A DNA stretch of 64,000 bases. It comes from Octopus sinensis (lineage: Eukaryota). The stretch is taken from NCBI RefSeq assembly GCF_006345805.1, contig NC_043002.1, positions 41,850,001 to 41,914,000 on the forward strand. The letters run 5' to 3'. Below, in pieces: positions 1-11,857 of the stretch (position 1 is the first letter of the stretch; each line of letters starts with the position of its first letter). The notes beneath the pieces were generated by a model, which worked only from the letters and a program-made list of their open reading frames with translations, made no database searches and was not told the DNA's origin. The position numbers and the translations under genes are program-made.

Positions 1-101
1 GATATTGTAGGATAGGTGCAAGAAGCTGGATCCAGTCAGTTTGAAATGTAAAACAGGTAGAATATTTTGGGTCAGAAATGGCTAGTTTCAAAGCTAAAGG
101 G
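1..101. mobile_element. Right end of a piggyBac-like (TTAA) MITE, family 1
   Basis: Ends gctaaaggg|TTAA; internal sequence shared with copies at 34080, 41904 and 52781. Confidence 0.6.
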
Positions 102-312
102 TTAAGTGTCTTCTTGAACCTACATTGTCTCCTTCACTGTGTGTAGCTTGTCTGTCGATACGACGAAGACCATCTAGTCATCCTGGGGTGGGGGTGATAC
201 TTTACAAAGTGCAATGTCTATGCGTCTCTTTTTTTCAGTCATAACTTACAAATGATATCGATCTGGTACAATATACCATGCTTTCACTAAATTTTTTAGG
301 TACTTATGTATT

Positions 313-488
313 AATGAGGAGGCATAGAGATCCTCTTAGGTCCCTTATTTTTGACCCAATCCAGAAGAACATTTTAGGATTAGAGAGAAAAGACTGTATC
401 AATGAGGAGGCATAGATATCCTCCTAGGTCCCTTATCTTTGATCCAATCCAGCTGAACATTTTAGGATTAGAGAGAAAAGACTGCATC
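313..488. repeat. 88-bp tandem duplication (2 copies)
   Basis: aatgaggaggcatag...gagaaaagactg at 313-400 and 401-488 with a few substitutions. Confidence 0.9.
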
Positions 489-599
489 AGTACTTGGCTG
501 GTTCTCATTTTCAGCTGGAATGATATGCCTTGCCCAAAGACACATGCTGCCTGGTCCAGAAAGCAAACCATTGGCATTATATGACTTGAACACCCTAAC

Positions 600-1048
600 C
601 ATCAATCAGGACATGCACCTTCGCACATGCACAGACACACATGCTTGTGTGCATGCACATGCGCATACACACACACACACACATGTGTGTGTACATGTAC
701 ATACACATACTCACACACATACACACAAGTACATACTTGTGTACATGTACATTCACATACTCACACTCAGACAAACATGTGTACATATACATACACATAT
801 GCACAAACACAAATGCATGTGTACATGTACATTCATATACTCACACACATACAAACACAAACACATGTGTACATGTACATACACATACTTACATATGCAC
901 AAACACAAATTCATGTGTACATGCACATTCACATACTCTTACACATACAAGCACGTGTACATGTACATACACATACTCATACACACAAACACAAACCTGC
1001 ATACACACATATGTGTATATAACACACACACACACACACACACACACA
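600..1048. repeat. Degenerate (CA)n/(CATA)n compound microsatellite
   Basis: Recurrent catgtacat/acacatactcacac units; source of spurious His/Thr ORFs. Confidence 0.9.
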
Positions 1049-1834
1049 TTTCCTTTTGTAATCTTTTCTTAAACTGTTTTTTGTTGTACTGAAAAGTAAT
1101 TAAGTTTCTACTCTGCTGGTAGCGTAAGTAATTAATTAGCAAAACTAAATCATATGAAATAATTTTTCATGGCATTTATTAAACAATTAATAATATGTTT
1201 TCTTGCTTTGGATTAATCAGAACAAACTAAATGTACATTTAATGAGGCCACCACTGCCATCACCACCCCTATGCCATCACCACCACCCCATGACATCACC
1301 ACCTCCCATGCCATCACCACTTCAACAACCACTACTACTATTATCTATTCCTCTTTTCCACTATAATGGCCAATAACAACTGTAATGTTACTCAGTTTGC
1401 TAGAAATAGCAATGAAATCTTCCTTGAATTACACTCTAATGCCTTAAAAATGGATATACACATTGGATAATATAGTCTTAGATAGGAAAATGATGAGATT
1501 GGCTTGGCTGGAAAGCTCTTGATTGGTGATCTACTTGTTCAAGACTGAACAGTGGGTATACTATGACACCTACAGCTTTACAAACCAATGATGGTGATAT
1601 TACAGAGTCACAGAACCAACTTTGTGTTGGCCAACTTTTCCTCAGCAATTTCTTCATCTTTAATCGCTTTGTGGTAGTAACTCTAATGAACAGCCACTGA
1701 CCATTTGTTTCAGTTTTGAAAATAATCAGCAATTTGACAATTTGTTGGGATTTACTAGTGATTAACTTTGTCGTTATTTATATGGTGTCTAGAACATCAC
1801 AAAAGCTGCTTACTTAAAACTACTATGGAGAAGG

Positions 1835-2170
1835 AAGGATCCCCTTTGGTCATGAATGACCATGGGATTGCAGCTCGAAAGTTCCCCTTCAAGGTACATA
1901 TCCAGGCAAGGTTGTTTATAGAAGACCAGCAGTCACTCATGCATACCCTCCTCCTCTCTCCATGCCACCGATGTTATCCAAGGGAAAGGCAAAGACCAAT
2001 ACAGCTTGGCACCAGTGATGTTGCAACTCGTTTCTACAGCTGAGGGAACTGGAGCAATGTGAAATAAAGTGTCTTGCTCAAGAACGCACACGCATCCCAG
2101 TCTAGGAATCAAGCTCACTACCTTGTGATTTTGACCCGGACACTTTAACCACTGAGCCATGCACCTTCAC
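1835..2170 (-). mobile_element. tRNA-derived SINE, family D
   Basis: Minus-strand head with A box (tggctcagtggttaaagt) and B-box-like segment; related copies near 3240-3450, 17876-18152 and 55860-55970. Confidence 0.75.
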
Positions 2171-2425
2171 ATTATTTAACTGAAGTTAAATACAAATATG
2201 AACCCTTTAATATGTTTTCTTTTGTATCATGAAACCAGAAGTAGTCTTAGATGATTTGCTATGAAGAAGGTTAATGGGAGACATTAAAACAGGTTTTCTT
2301 CAGAATACTGAGATTCCTGGCTAGCCAAAATTAGATTCTCCTTTCTTAAAACCCTTTTGATATTAAACCACCACTACTGCCCTGGTTCTTTGATACAAAC
2401 TTCCTGCTTTAAAAATGATCTAAAA

Positions 2426-2693
2426 CAGTGGTTTCCAAAGTGGGCAGTATTGACCTCATGGTGCAGTGGAAAATTCCAAGGGGTGTCAAGGAAAAGTGGG
2501 GAAATAATGGAGTAGCAATTCATGTATAAGCAAAACAATGGGTTCATTAGGTTAAGCTTTATTTGTCAAATACAGTTGCTTTGAATTTGCTTCAGAGACA
2601 GGTCTATGAGTTGATGGTTAGTTGGGGTGAGGGAACTAAGAATATGGCCTGGGTGTCAAAGAGGTGGCAACCTGAAAATTTTGGGAGTCACTG
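2426..2693. mobile_element. hAT (Charlie-like) MITE
   Basis: Termini CAGTGGTTTCCAAA / TTTGGGAGTCACTG; perfect 8-bp TSD atctaaaa (2418-2425, 2694-2701). Confidence 0.85.
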
Positions 2694-3731
2694 ATCTAAA
2701 ATAATGCTTTCTATCAAATTTCCTGTTAATCTGTTTCAAACACCATCTTAATAATGACAAAGTTATTTTACTAAATTCTTCATTAATTTGAAAATTAATT
2801 GAAATAAAGAGAATACATTTCAACAAAAAAATGCTAACAAAAGGGTTATTCTGTGTTCTGCATTTAGACTTAGGCTAGTTGTGTTCAGAAGGGTGGCAGA
2901 AATTGCTGTTCATACAGATTTTTTTTTGTTAGAGAGTGTATTCATATAAGCTTCCTTTATCCAAGACTACTCACAAGGCACTAAAACTGTTTGTCCATAG
3001 TGTGTGGGATTTAGTCTTAAAGTATATACTTAATATATTACACATTCATGTGCATAGTATATACTATAAATACACATGTATATTGACCTTAACTGCAGTA
3101 TTCATCTTAAGATAGCATTTCTTATGGATGTGCTGTGTTAAAAACACCATAAGTATCAGAGGAAGATGAAAAATCAACCTAGCAGCAGCCAGCAAGAATG
3201 CTAGAGATGTTCATAAGAGATGTAATCTTAGGACAGAATGGATCCTCTTCAGTCACAGATTACCATGGAATTGCACCAAGTTACCCTCTGAGGCATAAGT
3301 CAGGGCAGGATTGTTTATGGTCGCCCATGCATACCAACTTCCCCTCTCCATGCTACTGATGTTAACCAAAAGAAAGGCAAACTCTGATACAGCTTGGCAT
3401 CATTTCTACAGCTGAGTGAACTGGAGCACCGTGAAATAAAGTGTTTTGTATTTTAGGACAAATACAGCAGTAACTGGCCTATTCAGACAAAAATGCATCT
3501 GGTGTTCTCACTAGCCTCTGCTAGGGTAATTATTTTTGTCTTCTGCCAATATTTATTGTGTTTTTAACACAGCAAGTCTGTAAGAGATGTTATCTCGAGA
3601 CAAATACTGCAGTAACACATTTTATTTTATTTATTATTGTCATCATCATTGCTAAATTTATGGTGGAAACGAATGAAGATTTGCATGCAAAGTGATATAT
3701 GTTGATAGTAAAAGTTGCCCATAGCAACTTC

Positions 3732-4140
3732 ATAGGCGTAGGAGTGACTGTGTGGTAAGTAGCTTGCTTACAAACCACATGGTTCCGGGTTCAGTCCCAC
3801 TGCATGGTACTTTGAGCAAGTGTCTTCTACTATAGCTTCGGGCCAACCAAAGCCTTGCGAGTGGATTTGGTAAACGGAAACTGAAAGAAGCCCATCGTAT
3901 ATATGCATATATATATGGATGTGTGTGTATATGTTTGTGTGTCTGTGTTTGTCTCCACCACCCAACATTGCTTGACAATCGATGCTGGTGTGTTTACGTC
4001 CCCATAACTTAGTGGTTTGGCAAATGAGACCAATAGAATAAGTACTAGGCTTACAAAGAATAAGTCCTGGGGTCAATTTGCTCGACTAAAGGCGGTGCTC
4101 CAGCATGGCCACAGTCACATGACTGAAACAGTAAAAGAGT
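3732..4140 (+). mobile_element. tRNA-derived SINE, family A (near full length)
   Basis: Head gtgactgtgtggtaag...ggttccgggttcagtccc, CORE-like ttgagcaagtgtc segment, tail gactgaaacagtaaaagag; more than 15 copies or fragments in the window. Confidence 0.85.
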
Positions 4141-5444
4141 AACACTGGTGAAAATACTGAAATAAATTGGACAAGGTCAGCTCTCAGGATAAGGGACTTC
4201 AGTAACAAAATGATACAAGTATCTTGGTGAGTGGGGAATTGTAGGAAACACCCTTCTCTTCTCTCCTGCAAACAGTGATTAACATGGTGTTGTGGATTAG
4301 GATGGCGATTAAGAAGAAGGACATTATTTTGGAAAAACAATGTATATTTCTTAGAGGAAGTACTCAGTGAGTCGAAGAATGAACATCTATCTTCAGTATA
4401 TAATATCTACTGTAATATTTCAAGACCCTCATATCTATCAAATTCTCATTATTATCCACAAAAAGTCACTTCTAATGACCCAGGAAATTATATAAATTTA
4501 ATATAAAATGTCAGTTTAGTTAGCTTTATGAGTGTATTTAATCTTTGATTACTGTAAATTAGGAAATTTAATCGCACTTATCTTTTCACATGTTTACACA
4601 GACACCTACTACACTGTTGTTCATTTTTATACAAGTGGCAGTGTATATATATATATATCTAAACTAGAGACCTAATTTTCTTTTTCTTATCAGCTCAAAC
4701 CCTTCCTCTTGGAACATAATATTGCTACCACAACTCTATAATTTGCAAGTAGGGGGGTGGGGGTGGCATTAAACATAAACAAAAAAGAACAAACTATTTA
4801 TTTATATGTTTTATGTAATTAATATACTCTAGGTGTGTTCTATTGAATAAGATCACAGATAGATATCAGTCAGCTATCATGATGTATAGCAGCAATTTTT
4901 AATTACCAGTTTTAATTTATCCCCTAAGAATGTTGAGAGAGATGATTATTTACTCGTTATTGGTGTTGGTTAGGTGTGTGTGTGGGGGGGGTGGCAATAA
5001 ATTAACAAGCAAAGGAGATATGCAACCCAATTTCAACCTCCATTTGTAATTGCCTCATTTCTGTTTGCATTATGCTCCACTACTATTCAGAATAGAATTG
5101 AATTCAAACCAATGAGGAGTCCTCTACATGGCTGTTCTGTTAACTAGAAATAACAGCAAAATCTCTCAAATAACACTCAACTGTCTTAAAAAATTTTATA
5201 ATTAAAGACATTGATTACTCTAATCCTAACTTTGTTGTGGTCTGCAAAAACGAAAAAAAAAAGAACCCTATGTTTATGGCTGGAATGTATTTTGATCAAA
5301 GACCTGCTTGACCAGAGCCAGCTTGGGTCTAAGTAATAATAGCGACAGCAGGATTGAATATGAGAACTCTTTATATGGCCTCTTGACCTGCTAGAAATAG
5401 CAGCCAAATTTCATTCCCATTACACCCTACAGTATTGGGAAAAT

Positions 5445-5586
5445 TTCTTCTTCTTCTCCTCCTCCTCCTCTTCCTTCTTCTTCTTCTTCTCTTCTTCTTC
5501 TTCTTCTCTTCTTCTTCTTCTTCTTCTTCTTCTTCTTCTCTTCTTCTTCTCTTCTTCTTCTTCTTCTTCTTATCATCATCATCATC
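5445..5586. repeat. (CTT)n polypyrimidine tract followed by (ATC)n
   Basis: Directly visible. Confidence 0.95.
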
Positions 5587-6155
5587 CATTACATCATATT
5601 TGCAATAATAGATTTTAGCAGTCAAATGGAGTGTCTCATTTTATAACCCCAGGTCACTCTGCATGAACAACCCTATCATCATATGAATTTCAATCATAAC
5701 GGTTTCAAATTCTATTGATCTCTTTTGCCAAACAACTGAGTTACACACCAGTATTGGTTGTCAAGCGATGGCAGGGGGACAAAAACACACACACACATAC
5801 GAACATACATACAACAGGCTTCTTTTAGTTTTCGTCCACCAAATCCACCCACAAAGCTTTGCTTGGCCCTGAGGCTATAGTAGAAGACACTTGCTCAAGG
5901 TGTCACACAGGATGCAAACAATTCTGCTAGCTCACTACCTTTGTCTCAAATTATAACTCAAGACCACTAATGTTAGTGGGGCAGGGTACATTATATCGAC
6001 TCCAGTTCTTGTCTGGTACTTTATTACAGCAACCCTGAAAGGCTAAACTGCTATGTTGACCATGGCTAGATTTGAGCTCAGAGCATAAAGAACATAAAAA
6101 TTACTGCAAAACATTTTCCCAACATCCTAATGTTTCTGTCAGCTCACCACCTTAA

Positions 6156-6376
6156 CCTCTTAGTGCCCATGGTCCTTTTTTTTAGGACCAGAAGGATAAT
6201 CCTTCATATTTATGCAACACCTATAGTTTTCAGAGATATTTTTTAGTTAGTCATCAAGACTGGAGTGTCTTTCAAGTATTGTATTAAAATTTTTTTATAT
6301 ACTTAGTATCAGATACAGTTGTATAAAAAAAACTTTTTAGTAATAAATTAAATAATAAAATTCGGGCACTAATGGG
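6156..6376. mobile_element. piggyBac-like MITE (TTAA TSD)
   Basis: TTAA|cctcttagtgccc ... gggcactaatggg|TTAA. Confidence 0.7.
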
Positions 6377-6585
6377 TTAATAGTAACGATTCTTTCCAAT
6401 TTTGGCACAAGGCCACCAATTTGTCTGATAGAGTACCAAATCTGCCAGTCCACTGCTTTATGTATTTCGGTCATAATAAATAGTAATATTATAGTAACTA
6501 TCTGTGTATGTTGTTTCTATACTTTTATTCTGTTACTGGTTCCAGTTATTAGACAGCAAACATACAGGGGAACTACTTTCAGGGT

Positions 6586-6838
6586 TTCAGGTTTTTTGCT
6601 TAAGGCCAGTTACACTCTAAGTCAGTCTAGTTGATCAAACAACTGAAATACTCACTATTGAAACTAAGAGGTCCACTTGTGTCTTTGTATGCTTACTCGT
6701 ATAGAAACCAGTGCTAGGTTCACTGTATATCAGACTGAAAGACACAAGTGGACCTCTTAGTTTCAATAGTGAGTATTTCAGTTGTTTGATCAACTAGACT
6801 GACTTAGAGTGTAACTGGCCTTAAGCAAAAAACCTGAA
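6586..6838. repeat. Perfect 101-bp inverted repeat with 51-nt spacer
   Basis: 6586-6686 is the exact reverse complement of 6738-6838 (checked by eye). Confidence 0.95.
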
Positions 6839-7239
6839 TGACACAGTGTATGACAAAGTTGTTCCTTTCTTTGAATTACTGGTACAGTTCATCAAATAGG
6901 CTTCTGCACTGTTTCCATCTAATCATTTTCACTCACAAGGCTTGTTAAAGAACATCAAAGATTTCTTGCAGTAGAATTGAACTCAACACCCCTTGACTGC
7001 AAAATAAACTGTTTAACAGATCAACCATGGTAAACTTAGACACACAAACATACATATGTTTGTACAGTCTCTGCCTGCCAGATTCCACTCAGAAAGAATT
7101 GGTAAAACTAATGCTAGAGTAGAATTGAATGCAGAACCATGTCATTGTGAAGTGAGTGGGGTGAATTTCTTAACAACACAGCCACTGCTGTATTTATTTG
7201 TTTATTAATTTCTTTTCTTTTTTGTCTTTTGCAAAATAG

Positions 7240-7353
7240 CTCCCAAGAAATGCACCGAAGATGAGTTCCAATGTGATGACGGTCACTGTATAAAGTCTCA
7301 ATGGAGATGTGATGATGCCAAAGACTGCAAAGATGGCTCTGATGAGCGATGTT
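7240..7353 (+). CDS. LRP4: LRP4 exon, LDLa repeat (LA3)
   Basis: aaatAG|ct...tgt t|GTGAGT; [37 protein letters not shown]. Confidence 0.92.
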
Positions 7354-9739
7354 GTGAGTAATCTCTTTCTATTACTCTATTTCTTTTGTTGTGAGTGATG
7401 AATGATATCATTACCATCATTTTAACCTCCACTTTTTCCTACTTGCATGGGTCAGATGGAGTTTATTGAGGAAGATATTCTATAGCTGGATACCCTTCCT
7501 GTCACCAACCCTCATCTGTTTACTAGCAATGTGATATTGCTCCATGGCAAAACATGTTCTCACAGAATACTAAAAATGAACGACACTGCTTGTATGACAA
7601 TGCAATCAATTACATATGATGTCAAGACAAGGAGACACAGATATACACTCACATGTGTACACATATTTTTCTATATCTTTTTTATGGTACTCAGAGGAAT
7701 AATTGAAGTTTTGTAGTTCATTTTGTTTGATGTGTCTTGTGTCTTAGATTTCAACAATAGCATTATGATTAACCAACTGTTTATCGAGTTTGTTCCTTCT
7801 CGAACCACACCTGGCTCATTAGGGCTGGTTTCCCAGTTTCCTTGGCGTATAGATTCCTCACCTGGACGGGGCGCCAGTCCATTGCAGGTGAGCTGCAAGA
7901 TGCAGGAGGAAAGAGTGAGAGAAAGTTGTGGCAAAAGAGTCAGCAGAAGTTCGCCATTACTTTCTGCCAGAGCTGCATGGAGCTTAGGTGTTTCACTCAT
8001 AAACACACACATCACTCAGTCTGAGATTCGAACCTGTGATCCCTCGACTGCGAGTCCACTGCTCTAACCACTAGGCCATGTGCCTCCACTGGCCATGTGC
8101 CTCCACTCAACTGTTTATCAAGTACTCATGACAGAATGTTATGAGAGAACCTGTATGTATTTTGGCCTGTCTGAAATAGAAGACATATCTCCCTAACTAA
8201 ACCCTTTAAGGAAGTGCCCCCAGCATGGTCATAATTCAATGACTGAAATAAGTAAAACATAAAAGGTAGATCACACCCTGTTGTATTGAGAAATAGTTAA
8301 ACCCATATGACCATTGAGCCTTGTGTTCAGCTGAAAAGATGGTATCAATACAGCTAAATATCTTTGACTTTGAATCAAATCCTGTAATGATATTTGTTGT
8401 GTTTTAGGGTAGTAGATTTAACTCTTTAATGTTAGACTAGCAGTATAGCCCAGCGTTGCTCGGGCTTGTTTTCTTTTTGACCCTTCACAATTGGAATTTT
8501 TGAAAAGTAATAATTTTGCATTATGTAGCTTGTTATTCTATTTAACTGAACATTTTTCTGGTTGAAATACACCGAAAAATGGCGACACAGCAGTCAAAAA
8601 TCGTAAAAAATAGGGATTTCCATAGAAAAAAAGCACCGTTTTGATGTAAATAATTTTTGGTGTTAACATGGTCTGTCATACTCTCAATTTTGGTCAACTT
8701 GCGCCACAGTGTCTCGGAGGAGATAGTGTTAGTTGAAGGCTACCAAACCTGCCATACACAGACAACTTCAGCTTTATATATATATATATAGATTACTCTG
8801 TCAAATGTAATGCTTATATATTCACATTGTCTTGAATTAGTTTTGCATTATCTCATAGCTTCAAGATTTTGATGATGTGATTGTTTATCTTTAGAATGGC
8901 ATTGTAGGGTAGGTGTGAGAGGTTGGATCTGATCAGCTTGAACATGAAAAAAGTAGAATATTCTGGCCGGATATGGCCAGTTTAAGCACTAAATGATTAA
9001 GTTTAACCTGTTTGGTTTACATAATCACAAAGGAATAGACTGAAGATGTTATCTGGCAGTTTACTAGCAGCCCTTTCAGGAGAAATGTTTCCTTCTATCT
9101 GCCAAGGAGCTTGAGTTAAACATAAACTCTTAAAAGCACGTGAAGACGTATAGCATTTCATAAGACACTTTTACTACTTCCTAGATACAGTTTTTCACAT
9201 TCCAAGCAAGGAATGCAGTTTTTCTCTGTCTGGGACCTATAGTAAAATAGGTAGTGTGATAAATGAGGTTAAAAAGTACGAGGGTAGAGACTTTCTTCCT
9301 TGGTAGGGCCCTCATTGACTTCTTCAAGTTTCATTTGAAAAAGGTGAAGGTGAAGAGGGAGATGCTGTCCTTGAGTGAATCTATTGAAAGTGGGGTAAAA
9401 TTGGTGAAAATTTGCAAAAAAAGGATGGTTCCCGCCCTGAATATAGACCTATAAGTCAGAGAGCAAAAATTGAAGAAGGCTCTTGGTTTTGAGGGAGATC
9501 TTGTTTGGTGGGGTTCCTCTATTGGCACTAGAGATTCTCCAAGCTGTATGAATAGTCAGTCTTACATTATTTTCTTTTTCTGTCAATTTTTTAAATATTG
9601 TATGTCATGTCTAATTACATTGTTTTCTTTTATCATTTGCTTCTGTGTAAATTACCACAATCTATGTCTGTTTTTATATCATGTTCCTCAGCCATTGCCC
9701 TGGTGGCAAATAAAGAAATCATCATTATTATTATCATCA

Positions 9740-9774
<35 letters not shown>

Positions 9775-9797
9775 ATTATTATTATTATTATTATTAC

Positions 9798-9837
<40 letters not shown>

Positions 9838-11810
9838 TTTATTTTTATTATTATTATTATTATTAGGGCAATGCGTTAGCAGAATCATTAACGTGTCAGA
9901 AAAATATTTTGTAGTCTTTGTTCCAACTTGTTCCAACTGAATTGTAATTCTGCTGGAGTCAACTTTGTCTTTCATCCTTTCAGAGCCAATAAAATAAGTA
10001 CCAGTTGAGCCCTTGACTCAATGTAATTGATTATCCCCCTACCCCAAATTTCCAGCCTTATGTTTATATCAGAAACAATTATTATTATGTTCAAGTCAGT
10101 AGAATGCTGATAGAATGCTGGTCAAAAATTCTTAGTGGCGTTTCATCCATTCCGCCATGGTCGACTTTGTCTTTCATCCTTTTGGGGTCAATAAAATAAG
10201 TACCAGTTGAACACTGAGATTGATGTAATTAACTTATCTCTTCTTCCAGAATTGCTGGCCTTGTGCCAAAATTTGACATCATTATTATTGTTGTTATTAT
10301 TATCATTATTATTATTGTTGTTGTTGTTTCTGCTGAGGTTGACTTTGCCTTTCATCCTTCAGGGTTGATAAATTAAGTACCAGTGAAATACTGGGGTTGA
10401 TATACTCGACTAGACCCCTCCTCCAAAATTTAAGGCCTTGTGCCTTTAAGTAGAAAGGAATATTATCATTATTGTTGTTGCTGCACCTGGAGAACAGAGG
10501 GCGACAACTGGGGAAGAGCACTTGCCCTAGTGGTCAGAGTGACCATGGCTTTGTGGGCTTTCCATTGGCACCCTAGGAGGTCTCCCATACCTATAGGAAA
10601 TTATTCCTCGTTTGAATTTTTTTCCATTTCTTTCTTTCTGCTATTATACTTTTTTTTATTTGCTTTTATGTAAAACCACTCTGTATCATCCTGTACCATC
10701 CTTGATGTTTTTGTCAATCCTTAGTGGTTGATAAAGAAAACAACACTATTATTATTATTATTATTATTACTATTATTATTTTTCCCTCTTCCTTCAATTT
10801 TGTTTCCATTTCTTGCCTAGTGGTGTTGTGTTTTTTTTTTGTTTTTGTTTTTTTGTGCAGTAATGAAAATGCCATTATCTTTCAGCTGATGAATGCATTA
10901 AAAATGACATCAAGTGCAAAAATGGTAACTGCATTCCTAAAATTTGGCTGTGTGATCAGGAAAACGACTGCGGGGATAACTCAGATGAGAAAAACTGTGG
11001 TAGGTCTCTTCTTTGTCTATTTATTTTATTCTTAAAAAGAAAATTACATTTTTTTTTTCGTAGCATATGAGAACTGAGTTTTATGTTTTGGTTTGTTTAG
11101 ATATGTATGTATATGCATGTCAGTGTTCTGACTTAAGTAATACACACATATATGCAATTATGTTTGTGTGTGTGTGTTTAAATCCTCTGGCCCTTGTAAG
11201 ATGTAACTGTTTAGATTAGTGTACGTATAGGTGCAGTATGGCTGTGAGGTTAAGAAGCTTGGTTTTCAGCCATGTGGTTTCAGGTTCAGTCCCACTATGC
11301 ACCACCTTGGGTGCATAGTGGGACTGACTATATTATCTTCTAATATAGCCCCAGGCTAACCACTGCCTTGCAAGTAAATTCAATTGATGGAAATTGTGTA
11401 GAAGCCCATTGTATAGACAAGCATATACAATTGGTAACTGGTATTGGTTTAAGTCCTTGTTACTTAGTTCAGCAAAAGAGACTGATATAATAAGTACTGA
11501 GGTTGATTTAATTGTCTACAACCCTTCAAGGAGATGCCCCAACATGACCACAGTCCAGTTTCTGAAACATATAGACCTTTGAATATATAGTTGTTGTTAG
11601 TCCTAGCACAACCCTGACAAAGCAGACCTTTAGCCAAATACATTACAGCTGTGAAAAGTTTTGTGTTTCAGACAGTGGATTACATTATCATATGTGTTCT
11701 TCCTTCTTGTAGTAGATTTAGCAGCAGTTTCTAACAAGTTGAACAACTGCATAAAAGATGCCACTGTCTGCTTACTCTGTATACACTTGTGTGTGAGTGT
11801 GTGTGTGTGT

Positions 11811-11857
<47 letters not shown>

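Noticed and set aside
520-1142. His/Thr/Cys-rich ORFs, and similar Ile/Tyr, poly-Asn, poly-Leu and poly-Glu ORFs at 5371, 9470-9975, 23083-23444, 45416-45941 and 62952-63266
   Set aside because: These are translations of (CA)n, (AT)n, (ATT)n and (CTT)n microsatellites, with no domain or splice support.
1-7239. Upstream LRP4 exons (signal peptide, LA1, LA2)
   Set aside because: No LDLa-type cysteine pattern with splice sites was found; they presumably lie 5' of the window.
8020-8107. tRNA gene (also the heads of the family A and D copies)
   Set aside because: A and B boxes are present, but there is no complete acceptor stem and the sequence continues into SINE bodies with TSDs.
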